Shown here one piece after another: positions 60,110-64,000 of a stretch of 64,000 nucleotides of DNA. The stretch's first letter is position 1. Every line of letters begins with the position of its first letter. The position numbers were made by a program, and so were the translations under genes. The stretch is from Bdellovibrionota bacterium (GTDB taxonomy: Bacteria; Bdellovibrionota_C; UBA2361; CALJRW01), in contig JBGSMD010000013.1 of the NCBI GenBank assembly GCA_041740355.1, positions 1 through 64,000 of the forward strand, in the 5' to 3' direction. The notes under the pieces were generated by a model. That model did no database searches and had not been told where the DNA came from. It saw only the letters and a program-made list of their open reading frames with translations.

Positions 60110-61021
60110 ATGTACTGGTTAATAAAAAATACAATTTTCTGTTTTAATCTTCTACCGCTTGGTTTAAGGATTAGCACTTTTAGTCTAATTTTGAAAAGCT
60201 TAGGCTCATTAATTAAGGACTTAAAAAGAACTGCTTTAATTAACCTCCAGATCGCGCTCCCTGAGAAATCTAGCAAAGAGCATCATCTTATTCTTAATAA
60301 GTCCTATCAGGTATGGGGACGCTGTTTAGTCGATGTATTGAGGCAGAAAAACTTGAGCGATCAGTGGATTCTCGACAATATTGAATGTCCAGAATTAGAG
60401 CAATTGAAAGAATTTAAAAAAAAGTATCCTGATATCCCATATTTAATTTTAACGGGTCATATTGGTAGTTTTGAGTTCATTCTCCGTTATCTATGTGTTC
60501 AGTTTGGACCAATTGCCTTTGTGGCGCGCAAGCTTAAACCTGATGCTTTGGATCAGTGGTGGAATGAGCAGCGAAGTAGGGGTGGAAATCAGTTGATTCC
60601 TCGAAAAGGTGCTATTCGTAAGATTTTTAAGTTCATCTCAGAAAAGATAGATGTCGCAATATTATTCGATCAAAATGTAGTCAAAAGCCAAGGTATTTTT
60701 ATCAAATGGTTTGGTAGATATGCTGCTACAACACCAGCTGTTGGCTTGGTTGCGGCAAAATACAAGCTACCTGTAATAGTGTTTAGTATGAACTCTATTC
60801 CTGGAGGTAAGTATCGTCTAAATTTTAAGATTGAAGAATTATTAGAAATTCATCAAGATACAGAATTGGGGATGACCGAAAAGATTTATAAAATTACTGA
60901 TATTTGTGCTCAAGATCTACAAAAATTGATTTTAGATGCACCTGAAGAATGGTTTTGGTTTCATCGTCGCTGGAAAACAGCGGTGCTTGCCGGAGAAGGA
61001 GAGAAGCTTTATAAAGATTAA
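60110..61021 (+). CDS. lpxL: Lipid A biosynthesis acyltransferase (LpxL/HtrB family)
   Basis: GHIGSFE (HxxxxE), LFDQN, PEEWFWFHRRWK. Confidence 0.92.
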   Translation: MYWLIKNTIFCFNLLPLGLRISTFSLILKSLGSLIKDLKRTALINLQIALPEKSSKEHHLILNKSYQVWGRCLVDVLRQKNLSDQWILDNIECPELEQLKEFKKKYPDIPYLILTGHIGSFEFILRYLCVQFGPIAFVARKLKPDALDQWWNEQRSRGGNQLIPRKGAIRKIFKFISEKIDVAILFDQNVVKSQGIFIKWFGRYAATTPAVGLVAAKYKLPVIVFSMNSIPGGKYRLNFKIEELLEIHQDTELGMTEKIYKITDICAQDLQKLILDAPEEWFWFHRRWKTAVLAGEGEKLYKD

Positions 61022-61070
61022 ATACAGTCCCTTAAATCAAGCAAAGTCTAGCCTTTTATAAACTTAAATC

Positions 61071-62786
61071 ATGTATTATCTGCGAGTCAGCTTTTTATTC
61101 CATTTGTTTTTTTGTCTAGGGTGCAGTACCCAAGCCATATTCCCACAGCATCCCCCTAAATCTTACCAAACAGATTCTTCTCAATATCATAACTTTCTAG
61201 TAGGTGAACTCGCTTTTAAGCAGGAAGATTTGGAACGATCTTATCAGCATTACCAAAGTTTAAGTTCTAAAGCTGAGCCTAATGATTCTAATCAGTATAT
61301 ATTAAGACTATTAGAAATAGCTTTAATTAAATCCGAGGTTGATGAGGCAATTCATTTACTTCAAGAGAAGGTCAGAGCCGAGCCTGAAGAAATCGATTTT
61401 TTACTTCTAGCTAATTTATATCAGGTTGAGAGAGAGTCCTTAAAATCAAAATTGACTTTCGAGGAGGGTATTCGCCATTTTCCTAAGTCAAATGAACTAA
61501 TTATTGCCCAGTACTTTACAGAGCTTCGTGAGATGTCTGTACCAGAAGAGCTAATCAAAAAATTAATTACCTTAGAGAAGGGTATTGTTCGAAGTTTTCT
61601 TTTACCACTGTTAGCTGAAGCATATGTTTTATCAGATCAGCCTGAACTAGCAGTTTTGGTTTTTAAAGAGTGTGTAAATTTAGGTTCTAATTGCCCCGCC
61701 TTAGAAAATGAGTATCTAGAATTTTTGATTAAATCGCAGAATTTGCCGGATCTTCAGGTATATTTAAAAGATACCAAGATTGAAAATCGAAAGCATACTT
61801 TTGCAAGAGATTACTTAGTTAGCACTCCAGACTTATTAGAATCATTTAAGCAATTAGATTCTCTTGTGGAAGACTCACGAAGTACTTCTGAGCTTATTCG
61901 TGATTATAATTTTAAATTCTTGAGTGGATTTATTGGTCAGCAAGATCTTAGTCGATCGATTATAAGTCTTTATGTTTTCTCACTAATGTATCCAGACTTT
62001 ATTCCAGTAAAACTATATTTGGCAACATTTTTTAATAATCTAAGTAAATATGACCTTGCTGTGCAGGAATTCTTGAGTGTTCCTATAGATAGTGAACATT
62101 ATTTAAAATCAAGATTAGGTGCCATCACTATTTTGCAAAAAATGAGAAAGTTTTCTGAAGCTTCGCATGTGATGGAAGAGCTATTGGATGTTAAAGATTT
62201 TCAGGATGATACAGAGCTCTGGCTAGTACAGATTAAATTATTGCAGGAGCAAAGAAAATTTAAAGAACTTGAGGCTTTGCTACCTGACTTATTGGAAAAA
62301 TTTCCTAATGACCAAACGTTGATGTTACAATATGCAGTAGTCTTACAAGAGCTTAACAAAGATCAGGAATGTTTGCAGATACTTGATCAACTTTTAGAAA
62401 TTAATCCTAATCATCAAGAGGCACTTAACTTTGTAGCTTATACGTATGCCGAAGCAGGAGTGCATTTGGAGGTTGCCCATCAGTATGTCGATCAAGCATT
62501 AGTCTTTGATCCCCAAAGTCCATATTTTATAGATACCAAAGCGTGGATTTATTATAAGCAGAAGAACTATAAAGCAGCATTGGAGCAAATGAATCGAGCA
62601 TTAAGCTTTTTACCAGACGATCCTGTTTTACTGGAGCACTATGCTGATATTCATCAAGAATTGGGCAATGTCGAGCAATCTCAATTATATTACATGAAAT
62701 CATTAGCGGCAGCCAGTGAGAGTGAATATAGCAATGAGATTCGCAAACTAAAGATTAGGCTGAAAACAAAAGTACCCGCAATGTAA
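61071..62786 (+). CDS. Tetratricopeptide-repeat lipoprotein
   Basis: CLGC lipobox, ALNFVAYTYA, FIDTKAWIYY, LEHYAD. Confidence 0.9.
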   Translation: MYYLRVSFLFHLFFCLGCSTQAIFPQHPPKSYQTDSSQYHNFLVGELAFKQEDLERSYQHYQSLSSKAEPNDSNQYILRLLEIALIKSEVDEAIHLLQEKVRAEPEEIDFLLLANLYQVERESLKSKLTFEEGIRHFPKSNELIIAQYFTELREMSVPEELIKKLITLEKGIVRSFLLPLLAEAYVLSDQPELAVLVFKECVNLGSNCPALENEYLEFLIKSQNLPDLQVYLKDTKIENRKHTFARDYLVSTPDLLESFKQLDSLVEDSRSTSELIRDYNFKFLSGFIGQQDLSRSIISLYVFSLMYPDFIPVKLYLATFFNNLSKYDLAVQEFLSVPIDSEHYLKSRLGAITILQKMRKFSEASHVMEELLDVKDFQDDTELWLVQIKLLQEQRKFKELEALLPDLLEKFPNDQTLMLQYAVVLQELNKDQECLQILDQLLEINPNHQEALNFVAYTYAEAGVHLEVAHQYVDQALVFDPQSPYFIDTKAWIYYKQKNYKAALEQMNRALSFLPDDPVLLEHYADIHQELGNVEQSQLYYMKSLAAASESEYSNEIRKLKIRLKTKVPAM

Positions 62787-62843
62787 GTAAAATGAAGATT
62801 GCATTCTAGGATAGATTTTTGATAATTTTATAATTTTTAAACA

Positions 62844-63593
62844 ATGCCACGAATTTTTATTTTGCTAATTTTTTGCTTGGCATCTTGTAGCTCTAAAGCA
62901 TATCAAGCCTATCCTAAACCAGCTGGGGTTCTTTTAGATGATGTAGCTACTAGTTTACAACTCCAAAAATTTCAGTCTTACGAAGTCCCTGAGACTGCAA
63001 AGTTTCTTTTAAATGTTAGTTTGAGATACGGCAAGGATTTTAATTCATTCCGACAGGGATTGATTTTTAAAGCACCGAATAAGTTCAGAGTGGAAACTTA
63101 TCCTCTACAAGCCGGTTGGGCTAGTAATTATTTTATTTCTGATGGTGAGAAATATGTATACTATGATTCTCAAAATAATAATGAGCAAATAGGTTTGTTT
63201 AATGAGTCTTTATTTGAAGAATTCTATAATATTCCTATAACTCTTGACGAGATATTAAGTCTTTTAATTGGAAGAACACCCAAGAGGTGGTTATTGAGTA
63301 AAAATAGTATTTTCGCTATTGAAAATAATTTTGCGATGAATTCCAAGGATAAAAAATATTTTTGGCATCTAAGCAATGACGGTTCTTTACTAGATTTTTT
63401 AATTTATAAAGATAGTAGTAATAAAGTAATATTAAAAGGTAAGGTTATTAGCTATTCAAAAGATAACCTTGAAACTACAATCCCCAAGGCCATTCAATTA
63501 GATGTTCCTGAGCATGATGTCCGAATTATTATTAGGACATCACAAGCTCAATTGAACCATGAGATTCCAACTGAAAATTTTATTATAAATTAA
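62844..63593 (+). CDS. Lipoprotein, LolB/DUF4292-like
   Basis: LASC lipobox, PNKFRVETY, IPITLDEILSLLIG. Follows the TPR gene. Confidence 0.65.
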   Translation: MPRIFILLIFCLASCSSKAYQAYPKPAGVLLDDVATSLQLQKFQSYEVPETAKFLLNVSLRYGKDFNSFRQGLIFKAPNKFRVETYPLQAGWASNYFISDGEKYVYYDSQNNNEQIGLFNESLFEEFYNIPITLDEILSLLIGRTPKRWLLSKNSIFAIENNFAMNSKDKKYFWHLSNDGSLLDFLIYKDSSNKVILKGKVISYSKDNLETTIPKAIQLDVPEHDVRIIIRTSQAQLNHEIPTENFIIN

Positions 63594-63765
63594 TATTTAC
63601 TTGTTGTTTGGTATTCAGTAACTCTTCCATAGCTTGTGAAGCTAGCATGTACTGTTCTTGTTCATTAGAAGTATGTTCTGCTGCAATTTTTGTTACAGCC
63701 TCTACTAGTTCTCCAATTGTAGTTTCAACTTTATTAATTTTATTACCGATCAATTTATTTTGCAT
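63583..63765 (-). CDS. Small hypothetical protein
   Basis: ETTIGELVEAVT...LASQAMEELL, helical, with an AGG SD. True start probably at 63765. Confidence 0.55.
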   Translation of the reverse strand: MQNKLIGNKINKVETTIGELVEAVTKIAAEHTSNEQEQYMLASQAMEELLNTKQQVNINL

Positions 63766-64000
63766 ATAAAAACCTTTGAAAATACAGATTAATATTATGT
63801 TAATCTATTTATAAGTACGATGTAGGTTTGTGAATTAAATATTCAAAAAAATATTTACGTTTTGTAATTTATCGTATTTTATAGGAATAAGTTTCGTATA
63901 AGTTACTTTAAAATTACGATAGCAAATATGATATCCATATAATTATATTCTAGGAGTCATTGGGAATATAGATTTTATTATTGTTTTGTAATGTCTGTTC

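Overview
AT-rich chromosomal window from a Gram-negative bacterium (LPS, type IV pilin, TonB-dependent receptor and RND genes). The lineage cannot be determined here, and a Bdellovibrionota/deltaproteobacterial-type organism is only a guess. 1-9.7 kb is a mobile-element hotspot: the 3' end of an IS3 element inserted in an IS110/IS1111 transposase gene, an internally deleted IS1111-type element that keeps its non-coding ends, short palindromic repeats, two type IV pilins and several ORFans including a 1445-aa protein. 9.8-22 kb holds fur-katG and accessory secreted proteins, with a DUF421 gene split by a TA-duplicating MITE. 22.4-40 kb is a metal-homeostasis region: czcCBA, a multicopper oxidase/TolC operon, csoR with its operator, ppc, and a ZnuD-like receptor with zur. 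40-64 kb is mostly housekeeping: nhaA, alkaline phosphatase, crcB, glyA, mutM, riboflavin synthase, hsp20, an SplB-like radical SAM/nucleoside phosphorylase pair, minor pilins, kdsD, an orphan DNA methyltransferase, lpxL and TPR/LolB-like genes. The best leads are (i) two paralogous Cys/His-containing leader ORFs, both ending in LSxAPQAPP, directly upstream of two different metal-efflux/detoxification operons (candidate metal-sensing arrest peptides); (ii) a transposase-less IS1111-type element that retains the predicted guide-RNA end and sits in a palindromic repeat; (iii) a modular TATAGT-ended MITE family; (iv) a GGA-repeat sRNA candidate. All calls were made by eye, with no searches run.
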